A stretch of DNA of 64,000 nt, from NCBI GenBank assembly GCA_963728125.1, contig CAVSIZ010000017.1:15923-79922 (forward strand), in the 5' to 3' direction. This document shows positions 36,011 through 47,256 of the stretch, one piece after another. The DNA comes from an uncultured Actinomycetota bacterium. GTDB lineage: Bacteria; Actinomycetota; Actinomycetes; CAWDCV01. Every line of letters starts with the position of its first letter. Position 1 is the stretch's first letter. Under the pieces are notes generated by a model that made no database searches, was not told the origin of the DNA, and was given only the letters and a program-made list of their open reading frames with translations. The translations under genes and the position numbers were made by a program.

Positions 36011-36994
36011 CTAGCTAGCGTCGCCGCCGAACAGACTCGTCACCGATCCGTCAGCGAACACCTCGTGGATGGCGCGAGCGATGAGCGGAGCGATCGACAG
36101 CACGGTCAGCTTGTCGAACTGCTTCTCCGGGGGGATCGGCAGCGTATTGGTCATGATGACCTCGCCGATGATGCTGTTCTTGAGCCGATCGGTCGCCGGA
36201 TCGGAGAGCACGCCGTGCGTCGCGGCGGTGATCACCTCGCTCGCGCCGGCATCCATGAGCGCGTCGGCAGCCTTCACCACCGTGCTGCCGGTGTCGATCA
36301 TGTCGTCGACGATGATGCAGCAGCGTCCCTCGACCTCGCCGACCACGCGGTTGGCGACGACCTCGTTCGGGCGCTGGGTGTCGCGCGTCTTGTGGATGAA
36401 CGCCAGCGGGCAGCCACCGAGGCGATCGGTCCATCGCTCGGCGACCCGCACGCGACCGGAGTCGGGCGCGACGATGGTGAAGTCGCGGCCGGCGTACCTG
36501 GTGCTCACGTGCTCGGCGAGGAGCGGCAGCGCGAACAGGTGGTCGACCGGTCCGTCGAAGAACCCCTGGATTTGTGCGGTGTGCAGGTCGACGGCCATGA
36601 GGCGGTCGGCACCGGCGGTCTTGAAGAGGTCGGCGACGAGGCGCGCGGTGATGGGCTCACGACCGCGGTGCTTCTTGTCCTGGCGGGCATAGCCGTAGAA
36701 CGGTGTCACGACGGTGATGCGCTTGGCGGACGCGCGCTTCAGCGCGTCGACCATGATCAGCTGTTCCATGATCCACTTGTTGATGTCGGCTGCGTGACTC
36801 TGGATCACGAACGCGTCGCTGCCACGGACCGACTCCTGGAAGCGGGCGAAGATCTCGCCGTTGGCGAAGTCGTACGCTGTCGTCGGCGTGGGTTCGACGC
36901 CGAGATGCGTACCGACCTCTGCCGCAAGTTCGGGGTGGGCGCGACCGGAGAAGAGCATGAGCGTCTTCTCGCCCATCGTCTTGATGCCGCTCAC
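36011..36994 (-). CDS. prs: ribose-phosphate pyrophosphokinase
   Basis: N-terminus [25 protein letters not shown]-binding site [14 protein letters not shown]. Confidence 0.9.
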   Translation of the reverse strand: MSGIKTMGEKTLMLFSGRAHPELAAEVGTHLGVEPTPTTAYDFANGEIFARFQESVRGSDAFVIQSHAADINKWIMEQLIMVDALKRASAKRITVVTPFYGYARQDKKHRGREPITARLVADLFKTAGADRLMAVDLHTAQIQGFFDGPVDHLFALPLLAEHVSTRYAGRDFTIVAPDSGRVRVAERWTDRLGGCPLAFIHKTRDTQRPNEVVANRVVGEVEGRCCIIVDDMIDTGSTVVKAADALMDAGASEVITAATHGVLSDPATDRLKNSIIGEVIMTNTLPIPPEKQFDKLTVLSIAPLIARAIHEVFADGSVTSLFGGDAS

Positions 36995-38472
36995 TGGTCC
37001 GCTCCCTGGCTCGTGCCGGCGTCTGCGACATCGTCGTCGTTGCCAGTCTCTCTCGCCTCGGCCGCAGCCGCAGCGGACGCGGTCCCCGCGCGTCGCCGCT
37101 CGACCCAGCCGGCGACGTTGCGCTGCTTTCCGCGGGCCACAGCCATGGCGCCGGGCGGGACGTCATCGGTGATGACCGATCCGGCGGCGGTGTAGGCCCC
37201 ATCGCCGACCTCGACGGGCGCGACGAACATGTTGTCGGCGCCCGTCCGGGCATGGCGACCGATCGTGGTGCGGTGCTTCTCGACCCCGTCATAGTTGACG
37301 AACACCGTGGCGGCACCGATGTTCGTGTGCTCGCCGATGGTGGCGTCGCCGACGTACGACAGGTGCGGGACTTTCGCGCCCTCTCCGACGTCGGCGTTCT
37401 TCATCTCGACAAAAGCGCCGGCCTTGACGCTGCGCTCCAGCCGCGTGCCGGGACGTAAATAGGTGAACGGGCCAACGTGTGCGCCAGCCCCGATGATTGC
37501 GCTGGTGGCGACCGTTCGATCGACGTGCGCGTCGGGCCCGATCGTCGTGTCGGTGAGGGTGCTGTCGGGGCCGACAACCGCCCCCTCGTGGATGTGGGTG
37601 CGTCCGAGCAGTTGGACGTTGGGCTTGAGGACGACGTCGCGCTCGAGGGTCACGTCGACGTCGAGCCACGTGGTCGAGGGATCGACCACGGTGACGCCGT
37701 CGCGCATGGCTGCCCCGACGAGCCGGTCGCGCAGGATGCGTCCAAGCTCGGCCAGCTGCGCCCGATCGTTCACGCCGAGCACCTCGTGCGGATCGTCGGT
37801 GCTCACCGCGACGACCCGGTGGCCGTCGTTCCTCAGCAGAGCGAGGACATCGGTGAGGTATTCCTCGCCCTGGACATTGTCGGTGGTGAGTTGGGATAGC
37901 GCTGTGCGCAGGAGCTGCCCGTCGAAGACGTAGACGCCGGCATTCGTTTCTTTAATTGCCCGCTCGTCGGGCGTGGCGTCCTTCTGCTCGACAATGGCGA
38001 CGACGTCCTTCGTCTCGTCATTGCGAATGATCCGGCCGTACCCGGTGGGATCGTCGAGAACGACTGACAGCAGGGTCATTGCAGCGTGTTCGGACATGTG
38101 CCGCTGTAGCAGCGCGTCGAGAGTGGCGGCGCTGAGAAGCGGCACGTCGCCGTACGTCACCACAACCGATCCGTCGAGCTCGCCGACGGCGTCGAGCGCA
38201 ACGCGAACCGCGTGGCCCGTACCGTTGGGGCTGGCCTGGACGACGGGCTTCGCGGCCGGATCGATCTCGGCAAGGTGCGCCTCGACGCGGTCGCGGCCGT
38301 GCCCGACGACGACGATCAGGTGCTCGGGGTCGAGGGCTCTCGCAGCGGTCAGCGCGTGGCCCAGAAGGCTGCGGCCGGCAATCTCGTGCAGCACCTTTGG
38401 CGTTGCGGAACGCATCCGGGTGCCTTCACCGGCGGCGAGCACGATGACGGCAGCCGGCCTGCTTGAGGTCAC
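36991..38472 (-). CDS. glmU: bifunctional UDP-N-acetylglucosamine pyrophosphorylase / glucosamine-1-phosphate N-acetyltransferase
   Basis: N-terminal [15 protein letters not shown]-terminal left-handed beta-helix hexapeptide repeats. GTG start. Confidence 0.9.
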   Translation of the reverse strand: MTSSRPAAVIVLAAGEGTRMRSATPKVLHEIAGRSLLGHALTAARALDPEHLIVVVGHGRDRVEAHLAEIDPAAKPVVQASPNGTGHAVRVALDAVGELDGSVVVTYGDVPLLSAATLDALLQRHMSEHAAMTLLSVVLDDPTGYGRIIRNDETKDVVAIVEQKDATPDERAIKETNAGVYVFDGQLLRTALSQLTTDNVQGEEYLTDVLALLRNDGHRVVAVSTDDPHEVLGVNDRAQLAELGRILRDRLVGAAMRDGVTVVDPSTTWLDVDVTLERDVVLKPNVQLLGRTHIHEGAVVGPDSTLTDTTIGPDAHVDRTVATSAIIGAGAHVGPFTYLRPGTRLERSVKAGAFVEMKNADVGEGAKVPHLSYVGDATIGEHTNIGAATVFVNYDGVEKHRTTIGRHARTGADNMFVAPVEVGDGAYTAAGSVITDDVPPGAMAVARGKQRNVAGWVERRRAGTASAAAAAEARETGNDDDVADAGTSQGADQ

Positions 38473-38516
38473 GGGAGGCGCTCCCTGGAAATTCGTATGT
38501 TGCTTCTAATTCTTTG

Positions 38517-38589
38517 CTCCCGGGACAGGATTTGAACCTGTATTAGGTGGGTCAAAGCCACCCGTCCTGCCTGATTAGACGACCCGGGA
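38517..38589 (-). tRNA. tRNA-Gln (anticodon UUG)
   Basis: The reverse complement folds as a cloverleaf. Acceptor stem UCCCGGG / CCCGGGA. Anticodon loop CUUUGAC. T-arm GGTTCAAATCC. Confidence 0.8.
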
Positions 38590-38788
38590 TCGCATTCTCC
38601 AGTTGTAAATCCGTGAAGTCTCAGCGAACTGGAGCCGAGCGGCTCCCGAGCACTAGACCCTTCCACGTCGCGTGCATCCGGCAGTACGAGTCCGCAGAGT
38701 CGAGCATGTACACCAGTAGACAGCCATGGTAGGTGTCCCAGACGTTAGGCCGCGTCGTCGGTGGGCTGTCGGGCCTCGGCGAGCTTCG

Positions 38789-39703
38789 TCAGCTGGCGTT
38801 CACTCCCCCGTTGACGAGCAGAGTCGGCGCGCGACGGAGGGGACGGCCTTGGAGGATGGACGGCTCGTTGAGACGATCGATGCCTAGCACGATGCCTCGC
38901 CACCATCCTTCGACCTGTCGATACAGGCTGCTGCTCTTGCGCACGGTGATTGTCAAGCAGCCGTGATATCTGTCGCCGACATTTGCCCGTCGGGTCCGCG
39001 CCTGATGATGCTTGAGTGTCGTTCTCTGGAAGCGCTCGCTATCAACATTCACGACGTGCGCCCAGTACCTGACAGCCGTAATGACGTCTGCGCTGTCATG
39101 GATCATCACCCGGTAGGCGCGATCTTCGCGCGGCACCGACATCAAGTCCAACCACGCCTCGAAGAGACGAATCATCGATTCGTCGCTGTTCACAAACTTG
39201 ATGCTCTCGGTATGCCTCGACCCAAAGTCGAACTTGTCCTTGGCGCCTTCGGCCCAGTAGGCCACAACACCGGCCAGGAACAGCTCGCGCGACGACAGGC
39301 GCCCGATCTCGAGTCCGGCAGCAAGCTTCTCCTGCTGCCTGGCGATCCGAGTGGCACGACTACGCACTTCTGACGCGTGCTTAGCACGACCCGCCTGGTC
39401 GTACCGTTCGGGAGGTGAGGGCAGGTCTCGAACCCACAGGGACACGGAACCCTTGGCCACGCCTAGTTCGCTGACGATCTGTCGGTACGTCCACCCCTTG
39501 AGCCGCAGCTCGCGCGCCCGCTCCCGTAGTTCGTCCTTCGACCTTGGCCTCGCGGTCCAGTCGGGCGGAGGCTCACCTTCGAGCAACCTGCACAGCATGC
39601 GCTGACTGACATTGAGCGCTTCCCGAATCTGAGCACGTGTACGTCCGTACCGCCGAAGCTGGATGGCGCGCAGCCGGAGTGCCTCGAACTCGTCCTGTTT
39701 CAT
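38789..39703 (-). CDS. hypothetical protein with two N-terminal helix-turn-helix motifs and a C-terminal domain of unknown function
   Basis: Two HTH-like stretches: RAQIREALNVSQRMLCRLL and YRQIVSELGVAKGSVSLWVR. Lies immediately next to tRNA-Gln. Confidence 0.45.
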   Translation of the reverse strand: MKQDEFEALRLRAIQLRRYGRTRAQIREALNVSQRMLCRLLEGEPPPDWTARPRSKDELRERARELRLKGWTYRQIVSELGVAKGSVSLWVRDLPSPPERYDQAGRAKHASEVRSRATRIARQQEKLAAGLEIGRLSSRELFLAGVVAYWAEGAKDKFDFGSRHTESIKFVNSDESMIRLFEAWLDLMSVPREDRAYRVMIHDSADVITAVRYWAHVVNVDSERFQRTTLKHHQARTRRANVGDRYHGCLTITVRKSSSLYRQVEGWWRGIVLGIDRLNEPSILQGRPLRRAPTLLVNGGVNAS

Positions 39704-39833
39704 GGCACACGGTCTCGCTGACCACCGACAGGTTCATCACTCGTCCGCGGCGGGTAGAAGCGGGTTGACGTGACCTACGGTGGCGTAGGTTACGGTTGCG
39801 TAGGAAACGCACCCCTGCCCCTGTGAGGTTCGC

Positions 39834-40811
39834 ATGACCGCTCCCCCGCTCGAGGCCCCCGTCACCGCGATGAGACCGATCGCCGACGACCCCGCTGAGG
39901 GAACCCTGGGACCCGAACGGAAGCGCCCGTGGGAACAGGTCGCGCTCGCACTCTTCATCGGGGTGCCGTTCCTCGCATTGGTTGCCGCCATCCCGATCGC
40001 CTGGGGCTGGGGTCTCGGCTGGCGCGACGTGGTCATCGCCGTGGGCATGTACGCGATTGCCGGTCACGGCATCACTGTCGGGTTCCATCGCTACTTCACC
40101 CACGGATCGTTCAAGGCGAAGCGACCGCTGCGGATCGCGCTCGCTATCGCCGGCAGCCTCGCGATCGAAGGCCCGGTCATCCGGTGGGTCTCCGACCATC
40201 GAAAGCACCACAAGTTCAGCGACAAGGAGGGTGACCCGCACTCGCCCTGGCGGTACGGCGAGACGGTTCCCGCGCTGATGAAGGGACTGTTCTACGCCCA
40301 CATGGGCTGGCTGTTCGACGTGGAGCAGACCTCGCAGAAGCAGTACGCCCCCGACCTGCTGCGCGACCGCGACATCGTCCGCGTCTCCCGCTCGTTCCTC
40401 GCACTCGTCGCCGTGTCGCTGTTTCTCCCCGCCCTCATCGGCGGTCTGTGGAGCTGGTCATGGCAAGGCGCGGTCACCGCCTTCTTCTGGGCCAGCCTCG
40501 TCCGCATCGGGCTGCTGCACCACGTGACCTGGTCCATCAATTCCATCTGCCACGCCGTCGGCGAGAAGCCGTTCAAGACGCGCGACCGTTCCGGCAACGT
40601 GTGGTGGCTCGCCGTGCTGTCGATGGGCGAGTCGTGGCACAACTTGCACCACGCCGACCCGACGTGCGCGCGCCATGGGGTGCTGCGCGGGCAGGTCGAT
40701 AGCAGCGCTCGCCTCATCTGGCTTTTCGAGAAGCTGCACTGGGTGTACGACGTGCGCTGGCCCACGCCCGAGCGCCTTGCGGCGCGCCGCACCGAGGAAG
40801 CTGCAGCCTGA
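39834..40811 (+). CDS. acyl-CoA (stearoyl-CoA-type) membrane fatty-acid desaturase
   Basis: Three His boxes: HRYFTH, HRKHH and HNLHH. Four TM segments. Confidence 0.85.
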   Translation: MTAPPLEAPVTAMRPIADDPAEGTLGPERKRPWEQVALALFIGVPFLALVAAIPIAWGWGLGWRDVVIAVGMYAIAGHGITVGFHRYFTHGSFKAKRPLRIALAIAGSLAIEGPVIRWVSDHRKHHKFSDKEGDPHSPWRYGETVPALMKGLFYAHMGWLFDVEQTSQKQYAPDLLRDRDIVRVSRSFLALVAVSLFLPALIGGLWSWSWQGAVTAFFWASLVRIGLLHHVTWSINSICHAVGEKPFKTRDRSGNVWWLAVLSMGESWHNLHHADPTCARHGVLRGQVDSSARLIWLFEKLHWVYDVRWPTPERLAARRTEEAAA

Positions 40812-40834
40812 CGCGTCGCCCACGCAGGCAGGAT

Positions 40835-41503
40835 GTGCCAGTGACCATGCCAGTGGACAAGGCAGGAACCCGTCGCGCTGGTCGCGTCCGCATGAGCGGC
40901 AAGGAGCGGCGTGAGCAGCTGCTCGACGTCAGTCGCAGCCTTTTCGCCGAGCGCGGCTTCGAAGGCACATCCATCGAGGAGATCGCCGCCCGCGCGAACG
41001 TGTCCAAGCCCGTTGTCTACGAGCATTTCGGCGGCAAGGAGGGCATCTATGCCGTCGTAGTCGATCGAGAGATGCAGCGACTGCTCGATATGGTCACCGG
41101 CGCGCTGTCCGGTGGCCACCCCCGCGAACTGCTTGAGCAAGCAGCGCTCGCGCTCCTCGACTACGTCGAGCAGTACAGCGACGGCTTCCGCATCCTGGTG
41201 CGTGATTCTCCGGTCGCGCAGTCCACCGGCACGTTCGCCAGCCTCATCAGTGACATCGCGAGCCAGGTCGAGCACATCCTCGGCCAGGAATTCCGCAACC
41301 GCTCGTTCGACAGCAAGCTCGCACCGATGTACTCGCAGATGCTCGTCGGCATGGTCGCCCTGACCGGTCAGTGGTGGCTCGACGTGCGCAAGCCGAAGAA
41401 GACCGAGGTGGCCGCCCACCTCGTCAATCTCGCCTGGAACGGCTTGTCGGGACTCGAGCAGAAACCCCAGCCGGTCGCTCGGCGTGGCCGCCCGCACCGA
41501 TAG
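40835..41503 (+). CDS. TetR family transcriptional regulator
   Basis: HTH region LFAERGFEGTSIEEIAARANVSKPVVYEHFGGKEGIY. Confidence 0.8.
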   Translation: MPVTMPVDKAGTRRAGRVRMSGKERREQLLDVSRSLFAERGFEGTSIEEIAARANVSKPVVYEHFGGKEGIYAVVVDREMQRLLDMVTGALSGGHPRELLEQAALALLDYVEQYSDGFRILVRDSPVAQSTGTFASLISDIASQVEHILGQEFRNRSFDSKLAPMYSQMLVGMVALTGQWWLDVRKPKKTEVAAHLVNLAWNGLSGLEQKPQPVARRGRPHR

Positions 41504-41513
41504 CGTGGGGCCC

Positions 41514-42185
41514 ATGACGCAGCCAAGCGATCCGCCTGACGAGCAGGGCCGCCCTCGCGATCCGGCGCCGTCGGGGGACCCCACTCCTCCACCACCGACT
41601 ACCCCCACTCCGTCGACTCCCCCGGCAAGCGACGAGCCGACCGCTCAGATGCCGCCGCCCGCCGGCGCTACCCGCAGCGACCTCCCGCCCGCGGCGCCGT
41701 CGTACCAATCCGCGTCCCAGCCACCGCCCGCCGACCGCCCGGCCTTCGGGCCGCAGTACGCCTACCAGTACGGGCAGCAGTACGGCGGCGCCGCACCAGG
41801 TCCGGGGTGGCCGGGCGAGGCGCCGACGCAGGCACGCAACGGCGTCGGCATCACCGCCCTGATCCTCGGCATCCTCACGATCATCGCGTTCTGGATCCCG
41901 TTCGTGAGCATCCTGCTCGCCCTGGCCGCCATCATTTTCGGCATCGTCGGTCTGCGCCGCGTCAGCAAGCGCATCGCGAACAACCGAGCGATGCCGATCA
42001 TCGGCATCGTTCTCGGCGTCATCGGCGGAATACTCGGCACCCTGCTGACGATCGTGGTCGTCGTCTCAGCCCGCTGGACAAGCGACTGCATCAACGCGAA
42101 CCCGAATGCGTCGGACGAGGTCATCGAGCAGTGCCTCACCGATCGGATCGAAGAGCGTTTCGGCGCAGACCTGCGGCCGGGCTGA
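41514..42185 (+). CDS. Pro-rich membrane protein, DUF4190-like
   Basis: Pro/Thr-rich N-terminal region, then two TM helices (GITALILGILTIIAFWIPFVSILLALAAIIFGIVGL). The ORF track starts at 41484, but the probable start is M at 41514. Confidence 0.5.
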   Translation: MTQPSDPPDEQGRPRDPAPSGDPTPPPPTTPTPSTPPASDEPTAQMPPPAGATRSDLPPAAPSYQSASQPPPADRPAFGPQYAYQYGQQYGGAAPGPGWPGEAPTQARNGVGITALILGILTIIAFWIPFVSILLALAAIIFGIVGLRRVSKRIANNRAMPIIGIVLGVIGGILGTLLTIVVVVSARWTSDCINANPNASDEVIEQCLTDRIEERFGADLRPG

Positions 42186-42969
42186 TCCGCGCGACGACGA
42201 AGATCCGGCGGAACGGAAAGACCGTCCCGTACGGATGGCGCGGGTACGCCGCCCGCAACGCGGCGGCGTACTCCGCGACAAACGCCGCCTGATCCTCTCC
42301 CTCCCCGAGCGCGTCGAGGACCGGACGCAGCGCCGTTCCCTTCACCCAGTCGAGGACGGCATCCTCGCCGGGCAGCACGTGCAGGTACGTCGTCTCCCAC
42401 GCGTCGACGCTGCAGCCGAGATCGACCAGCCGCGCCAGGTACTCCGCCGGAGCGGCCGATCCCGCCCCAGGCACGCGATCGTCGCCTACCAGCGGCCGCC
42501 ATCGGCTGCGGTTGCGCAAGTCATGCAGCAACGTATGGCTGGGCGAGTCGAAGTTGCCGGGCACCTGAAAGGCGAGCCAGCCGCCGGGAACGATCCCCTC
42601 GATCAGTCGCGGCAGCAGCTCGAGATGGCCGGGCACCCACTGCAGTGCGGCATTGCTCATCAGAACATCGACCGGCCGCCGCGGCGTCCATGCCGCGATG
42701 TCACCCAGCTCGAACGACAGTCCCGGCCGAACGAATTCCTGCGCCGCGCGGATCATCTCCGGTGACGAGTCGATGCCTTCGATCGTCGCAGTGGGCCACC
42801 TGCCGAGCAGGATCTTTGTCAGGGCGCCTGGTCCGCAGCCGAGATCCACGACGTACGACGGCGCAACGGCATCAATGCGGTTGAGCAGCTCGAGGAACGG
42901 GCGGCGACGCTCGTCGGCGTAATGCCGGTACTGCTCAGGGCTCCACACCCAAACGAGCCTTGCTGGCAC
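42136..42969 (-). CDS. SAM-dependent methyltransferase, trans-aconitate 2-methyltransferase-like
   Basis: SAM motif VVDLGCGPGALT. N-terminus WSPEQYRHYADERRRPF is typical of Tam. Confidence 0.7.
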   Translation of the reverse strand: MPARLVWVWSPEQYRHYADERRRPFLELLNRIDAVAPSYVVDLGCGPGALTKILLGRWPTATIEGIDSSPEMIRAAQEFVRPGLSFELGDIAAWTPRRPVDVLMSNAALQWVPGHLELLPRLIEGIVPGGWLAFQVPGNFDSPSHTLLHDLRNRSRWRPLVGDDRVPGAGSAAPAEYLARLVDLGCSVDAWETTYLHVLPGEDAVLDWVKGTALRPVLDALGEGEDQAAFVAEYAAALRAAYPRHPYGTVFPFRRIFVVARISPAAGLRRNALRSDR

Positions 42970-43003
42970 GGTCTCTCGACGTCAAGAGATCTAGACTCGC
43001 GAC

Positions 43004-43501
43004 GTGCGGGATGACGTAGACGGCCTGGTGCAGGCGTGGCAGCGGGAACGTCCGGATCTGGACGTCACCCCGCTCGAAGTCCTCAGCCGCGTGCTGCGGC
43101 TGGCCCGCCACCTCGACCTCGCCCGCGGCGCCGCATTCGACGGACACGGACTAGAGGTCTGGGAGTTCGACGTTCTGGCCGCGCTGCGGCGGGCCGGTCC
43201 CCCGTACGCGATGTCACCGGGGCAGCTGCTGACGCAGACGCTCGTGAGCAGTGGCACGATGACGAATCGCATCGACCGCCTTGCCGCGCGACGGCTCGTG
43301 CAGCGGCTACCGGATCCCATCGACGGACGCGGCATCCAGGTGCGGCTGACTTCGGCCGGCCGAACCCGCATCGACGATGCGATGTCCGATCTGCTCGAAC
43401 GCGAGCGGGAGATCCTGGCGCCGCTGACCGATCGTCAGCGCGCCACCCTTGCCACACTGCTCCGCTCGCTGGTCGCGCCCTTCGACCACAGCGCTGTCTG
43501 A
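43004..43501 (+). CDS. MarR family transcriptional regulator
   Basis: Winged-HTH region GQLLTQTLVSSGTMTNRIDRLAARRLVQR. Confidence 0.8.
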   Translation: MRDDVDGLVQAWQRERPDLDVTPLEVLSRVLRLARHLDLARGAAFDGHGLEVWEFDVLAALRRAGPPYAMSPGQLLTQTLVSSGTMTNRIDRLAARRLVQRLPDPIDGRGIQVRLTSAGRTRIDDAMSDLLEREREILAPLTDRQRATLATLLRSLVAPFDHSAV

Positions 43502-43507
43502 AGCAGC

Positions 43508-44404
43508 TCAGCCATCGTTCACCACTCGCGCCCCGCTGACCGGACCGGTCGCGCGAAGCACCGTCGCCGCCACCCCGGAAGCAGACAGCCCGACGGCCAC
43601 GTCGAGGCCGTGCTCCGCATCCCGCACGAGGAACGCGCAGGTCGGACCCGAGCCGCTGACCACGGCGCCGAGCGCCCCGCACTCCTCACCGACGTCCAAC
43701 GCCAGCCGCACTGAGTGCCGCAGGGAGCACGCCGCCCGCTGCAAGTCGTTCGAGAGAGCCCGTCCCAATGCATGGGCATCGCCGCTGCGCAGCGCGCTCA
43801 TCACCGCATCCGGCACCGTCGGTGCCGGCACTCGCTCACCGCTGCGCAGCCGATCGATCTCCGCATAGACGGCCGGGGTCGACAACCCGCGGTCGGCCAC
43901 GGCGAAGACCCAGTGGAAGGTGCCTCGGGTGAGCGCCGGCGTGACCTGCTCGCCGCGGCCGATGCCCACCGCCGTACCCCCGACAAGGGCGAACGGAACG
44001 TCGCTACCGAGCCGCGCCGCGACCTGCAGCAGCTCCGCGCGGCTCAGCCGCAGCCCCCATAACGCGTCGCAGGCGACCAGCGCTGCTGCAGCGTCGGCGC
44101 TGCCGCCGGCCATACCCGCCGCGACCGGAATGCCCTTGCGCACATGTAAGGCAACGTCGGCAGGTACTCCTGCCCATTGGGCCAGCGCGATCGCGGCACG
44201 GTACGCCAGGTTGTCGCGACCGCGCGGGATGTCTTGTGCGCCTTCGATATCAAGCGTCACGCCCACGCCGGGGCGTGCCGTGACCTCGTCGTACACCGAC
44301 ACTGCGTGGAACACCGTCGCCAGGTCGTGATAGCCATCGGCGCGACGCGGTCCGACCGACAGGTGCAGGTTCACCTTCCCCGGCGCGCGCACCAGCACCG
44401 TCAC
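43508..44404 (-). CDS. ispE: 4-(cytidine 5'-diphospho)-2-C-methyl-D-erythritol kinase
   Basis: GHMP kinase motifs: KVNLHLSVG and PVAAGMAGGSADAAAAL. Confidence 0.85.
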   Translation of the reverse strand: MTVLVRAPGKVNLHLSVGPRRADGYHDLATVFHAVSVYDEVTARPGVGVTLDIEGAQDIPRGRDNLAYRAAIALAQWAGVPADVALHVRKGIPVAAGMAGGSADAAAALVACDALWGLRLSRAELLQVAARLGSDVPFALVGGTAVGIGRGEQVTPALTRGTFHWVFAVADRGLSTPAVYAEIDRLRSGERVPAPTVPDAVMSALRSGDAHALGRALSNDLQRAACSLRHSVRLALDVGEECGALGAVVSGSGPTCAFLVRDAEHGLDVAVGLSASGVAATVLRATGPVSGARVVNDG

Positions 44405-44432
44405 TCCCGTTCACCTCCCCCGTTCCGCTCGA

Positions 44433-45269
44433 TCATCGCTGCGCGAGGCGGGCGAAGTCGGTCACGTGGAGGGATTCACCACGAGCCGAGGGATCGATGC
44501 TCGCCGTTCGCAGCGCAGCTTCCGCCTCTGCCGGCGACCCCGCCCACCCGGCCAACGCGGCACGCAACGTCTTGCGTCGTTGCGCGAACGCAGCATCGAC
44601 GACGGCGAAGACTGCGTCCCGATCGGCCTCGGGCGGCCTTCTCCTCGTAAAGGCCACGAGTGCGGAGTCGACGTTCGGCGCCGGCCAGAAGACGGTGCGG
44701 CTGACCGCTCCGGCGCGGCGCGCTGCGGCGTACCACGCAAGCTTCACCGAAGGTACGCCGTACGTGCGGCTGCCCGGTTCCGCGACCAAGCGGTCGGCGA
44801 CCTCGGACTGCACCATGACGAGCCCATGCTGCAGTGTCGGCAGGACGGCAAGCAGGTGCAGCACCACCGGAACGGCGACGTTGTACGGGAGGTTCGCCAC
44901 CAGCGACGTCGGCGGCTCGGGAAGCTCCTCGGGTCGCAGCTGCAGGGCATCGGCGTGCAACACGGTGAGCCGATCCGCAAGCTCGGGCGCGCGCTCGCGC
45001 ACGGTCTCCGGCAGCGCCGAAGCCAGCACTGGATCGACCTCGACGGCGACGACGCAGCGTGCAACCTCCAGCAAACCCAGCGTCAGCGAGCCCAGTCCAG
45101 GACCCACTTCGAGGACGATGTCGTCATCGCTCAGGTTCGCGGTGCGCACGATGCGGCGCACGGTGTTGGCGTCGATGACGAAGTTCTGCCCGAGCATCTT
45201 CGTCGGACGCAGGTTGAGCCGGGTCGCCAATCCGCGCACGTCCGCCGGGCCGAGCAGCGGACTCGTCAC
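44433..45269 (-). CDS. rsmA: 16S rRNA (adenine1518/1519-N6)-dimethyltransferase
   Basis: Motifs [28 protein letters not shown] and NLPYNV. The N-terminal limit is uncertain; the ORF track extends to 45395. Confidence 0.85.
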   Translation of the reverse strand: MTSPLLGPADVRGLATRLNLRPTKMLGQNFVIDANTVRRIVRTANLSDDDIVLEVGPGLGSLTLGLLEVARCVVAVEVDPVLASALPETVRERAPELADRLTVLHADALQLRPEELPEPPTSLVANLPYNVAVPVVLHLLAVLPTLQHGLVMVQSEVADRLVAEPGSRTYGVPSVKLAWYAAARRAGAVSRTVFWPAPNVDSALVAFTRRRPPEADRDAVFAVVDAAFAQRRKTLRAALAGWAGSPAEAEAALRTASIDPSARGESLHVTDFARLAQR

Positions 45270-45273
45270 GCCC

Positions 45274-46482
45274 CTAGGTGTACAGGCGCGGGCCACACGT
45301 CGGCCACTGGCCGACGCCGCTGCGCTCCAGCAGGAGCTGGGCGCGGTACGTCTGCTCGTCGGGTGAAGCCTCCGACGGCAAGCCCGAACCACCAACGCTT
45401 TGCCAGGTGGCCACCGAGAACTGGTAGAGGCCGTGGTAGCGACCGCTGCTGCTCACGGCTCTCGGATTCCCCCCCGACTCACACTGCGCGAGCGCCGCCC
45501 AGTTCAGCCCATCGGACGTTGAAGGCACGCCTCCTGCCGACACCGGGCCGGTCCCGACCGCGACCACCTGCGTCACCGGTTCGCGGGTCATCTCCTCGCT
45601 CACCAGCGTCTCGCCGGCGAGCTCCCCGTTGGCGTAGATGACGTCCAGCACCTGCGTCTTCAGCCCGACCCTGCCGCGCTGCGTCACCCGCTCCGAACCG
45701 GAGGCGAGACTTGCATCGTCGTTTCTTGTCGTTTCGAACGGCAGCTCGACGACGCGTTCCTCACGCTCGGTACGGATGCGCGTCACCGTCAATGTGGCGC
45801 CGTCCACGAGTCGATCGCCAGCTGCGGGCGCGACGGTGTCGGCTGCGCCCAGCGCAACGCCTGCCTCCGACAGCGCGTCATTGACGGTGACCGCCGTTGT
45901 CGAGAACGGACGCTGCGCGCCGTCCGCAACGATGGTGACGGACTTGGGCAGCCGAATCTCAAAGGCAAGACCGGATCGCGGAATCGCGCTGTTGCGAGAA
46001 ACCGAGAGAAACGCCCCCTCGGAGCGCATGCCGAGCTGTCTCAGCGCCTCGTCAACGTTCTTCGCGGTGACCCACACCTCACGCTGCTCACCATCCAGTG
46101 TCAGCGTGAGCAGACGCGCGTAGCGAACGGTCACCGTGTCGCCTTCGCTCACCGATTCGTCGGGCGAGGGCACGATGTCATCTCTGCTGCTGTACTCGAT
46201 GTCGGCGCTGTCGAGGACGTCGTCGACGGTGCGTGCGAAGCTGCGTACCTCTTGCTTCTCACCGTCGACCGACAAGGTGATGGTCTTGTCGAAACTGGCA
46301 AATGCGACGCTGCCGCCGATCAGCGCTGCCAGCACGACACCGCGCAACGCCAGCGCGCCAGGGGTGAAGCGCACAACTCTCCCATAGCTTGTCCGTTCCC
46401 CCGTGACGCGTCGCCAAGCTAGCCAACGCTGCTCAAGGCAGGCAAATCCGTCATTATCACAACGCGAAGATGCGCTCCGCAT
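45274..46482 (-). CDS. rpfB: resuscitation-promoting factor RpfB-like (DUF348 repeats, G5 domain, Rpf lysozyme-like domain)
   Basis: C-terminal Rpf domain [39 protein letters not shown]5-like region. N-terminal TM segment. The true start is probably internal, near 46380. Confidence 0.8.
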   Translation of the reverse strand: MRSASSRCDNDGFACLEQRWLAWRRVTGERTSYGRVVRFTPGALALRGVVLAALIGGSVAFASFDKTITLSVDGEKQEVRSFARTVDDVLDSADIEYSSRDDIVPSPDESVSEGDTVTVRYARLLTLTLDGEQREVWVTAKNVDEALRQLGMRSEGAFLSVSRNSAIPRSGLAFEIRLPKSVTIVADGAQRPFSTTAVTVNDALSEAGVALGAADTVAPAAGDRLVDGATLTVTRIRTEREERVVELPFETTRNDDASLASGSERVTQRGRVGLKTQVLDVIYANGELAGETLVSEEMTREPVTQVVAVGTGPVSAGGVPSTSDGLNWAALAQCESGGNPRAVSSSGRYHGLYQFSVATWQSVGGSGLPSEASPDEQTYRAQLLLERSGVGQWPTCGPRLYT

Positions 46483-47179
46483 TGGCTGTCACCGTCGCGG
46501 CCAGTTCGTCCTCGTCGACGCCTCTGACCTGCGCCATCGCCCGCAGCGTGTACGGAATCATCGCCGGCGAGTTCGGTCGTCCGCGGTACGGCATCGGCGT
46601 AAGGAACGGCGAGTCGGTCTCCACGAGCAGCAGTTCCGGAGGAACCACAGCGAGTGCATCACGCAGCGGCTGCGCGTTCTTGAACGTCACCGTCCCAGCA
46701 AACGACATGATGTAGCCGCGCCGTGCGCATCGCTGCGCAAAGTCGGCATCGCCAGAGAAGCAGTGGAACACCGTCCGGTCGGGTGCACCTTCGTCGTCGA
46801 GAATACGTAATACGTCGTCGTGAGCGTCGCGATCGTGAATGACGAGAGCCTTGCCGTGCGCTTTCGCGATGGCGATGTGAGCGCGGAAGGACGCCGCCTG
46901 CACCATCGGCTCGACTCGTCCCCAGTAGTAGTCGAGTCCGGTCTCGCCAACGGCACGCACCTGCGGCAGGGATGCAAGGCGATCGATTGCCGCCAGTGCA
47001 GCATCATCGGCTGCGTCTGCGTGATTGGGATGTATCGCGACAGTGGCCCAAACATCGCTGTACACAGCGGCAGTGTCAGCGCACCACTGCGACGACTCGA
47101 TCGAGTCGCCGACGGTGATGAGTCGGGTGATGCCGACCGACCGCGCTGCCGCTACAGCATGGGCGACATCGACATCCAT
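46457..47179 (-). CDS. tatD: TatD family metal-dependent hydrolase (DNase)
   Basis: Motifs VGETGLDYYW, HCFSGD and VETDSPFL. Confidence 0.8.
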   Translation of the reverse strand: MDVDVAHAVAAARSVGITRLITVGDSIESSQWCADTAAVYSDVWATVAIHPNHADAADDAALAAIDRLASLPQVRAVGETGLDYYWGRVEPMVQAASFRAHIAIAKAHGKALVIHDRDAHDDVLRILDDEGAPDRTVFHCFSGDADFAQRCARRGYIMSFAGTVTFKNAQPLRDALAVVPPELLLVETDSPFLTPMPYRGRPNSPAMIPYTLRAMAQVRGVDEDELAATVTANAERIFAL

Positions 47180-47256
47180 CGCGTCGAGGTGACAGTGGCT
47201 GTCGACGCTGTCAACCCGCAGTGGCTCGGGAAGCGGCGGCGGGTCACCCTGACGAG

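Noticed and set aside
34557-37195. Plus-strand ORFs 34557-35933 and 36008-37195 opposite pth, rplY and prs
   Set aside because: Antisense to universally conserved housekeeping genes. No motifs.
38789-39703. Possible LAGLIDADG homing endonuclease or integrase next to tRNA-Gln
   Set aside because: The LAGVVAYWAEGAK stretch does not fit the LAGLIDADG consensus. No tyrosine-recombinase or serine-recombinase motifs were seen. Left as an HTH protein of unknown function.
39573-41608. Minus-strand ORFs 39573-40301 and 40292-41608 opposite the desaturase and TetR genes
   Set aside because: Antisense artefacts. The His-box desaturase and TetR HTH on the plus strand are unambiguous.
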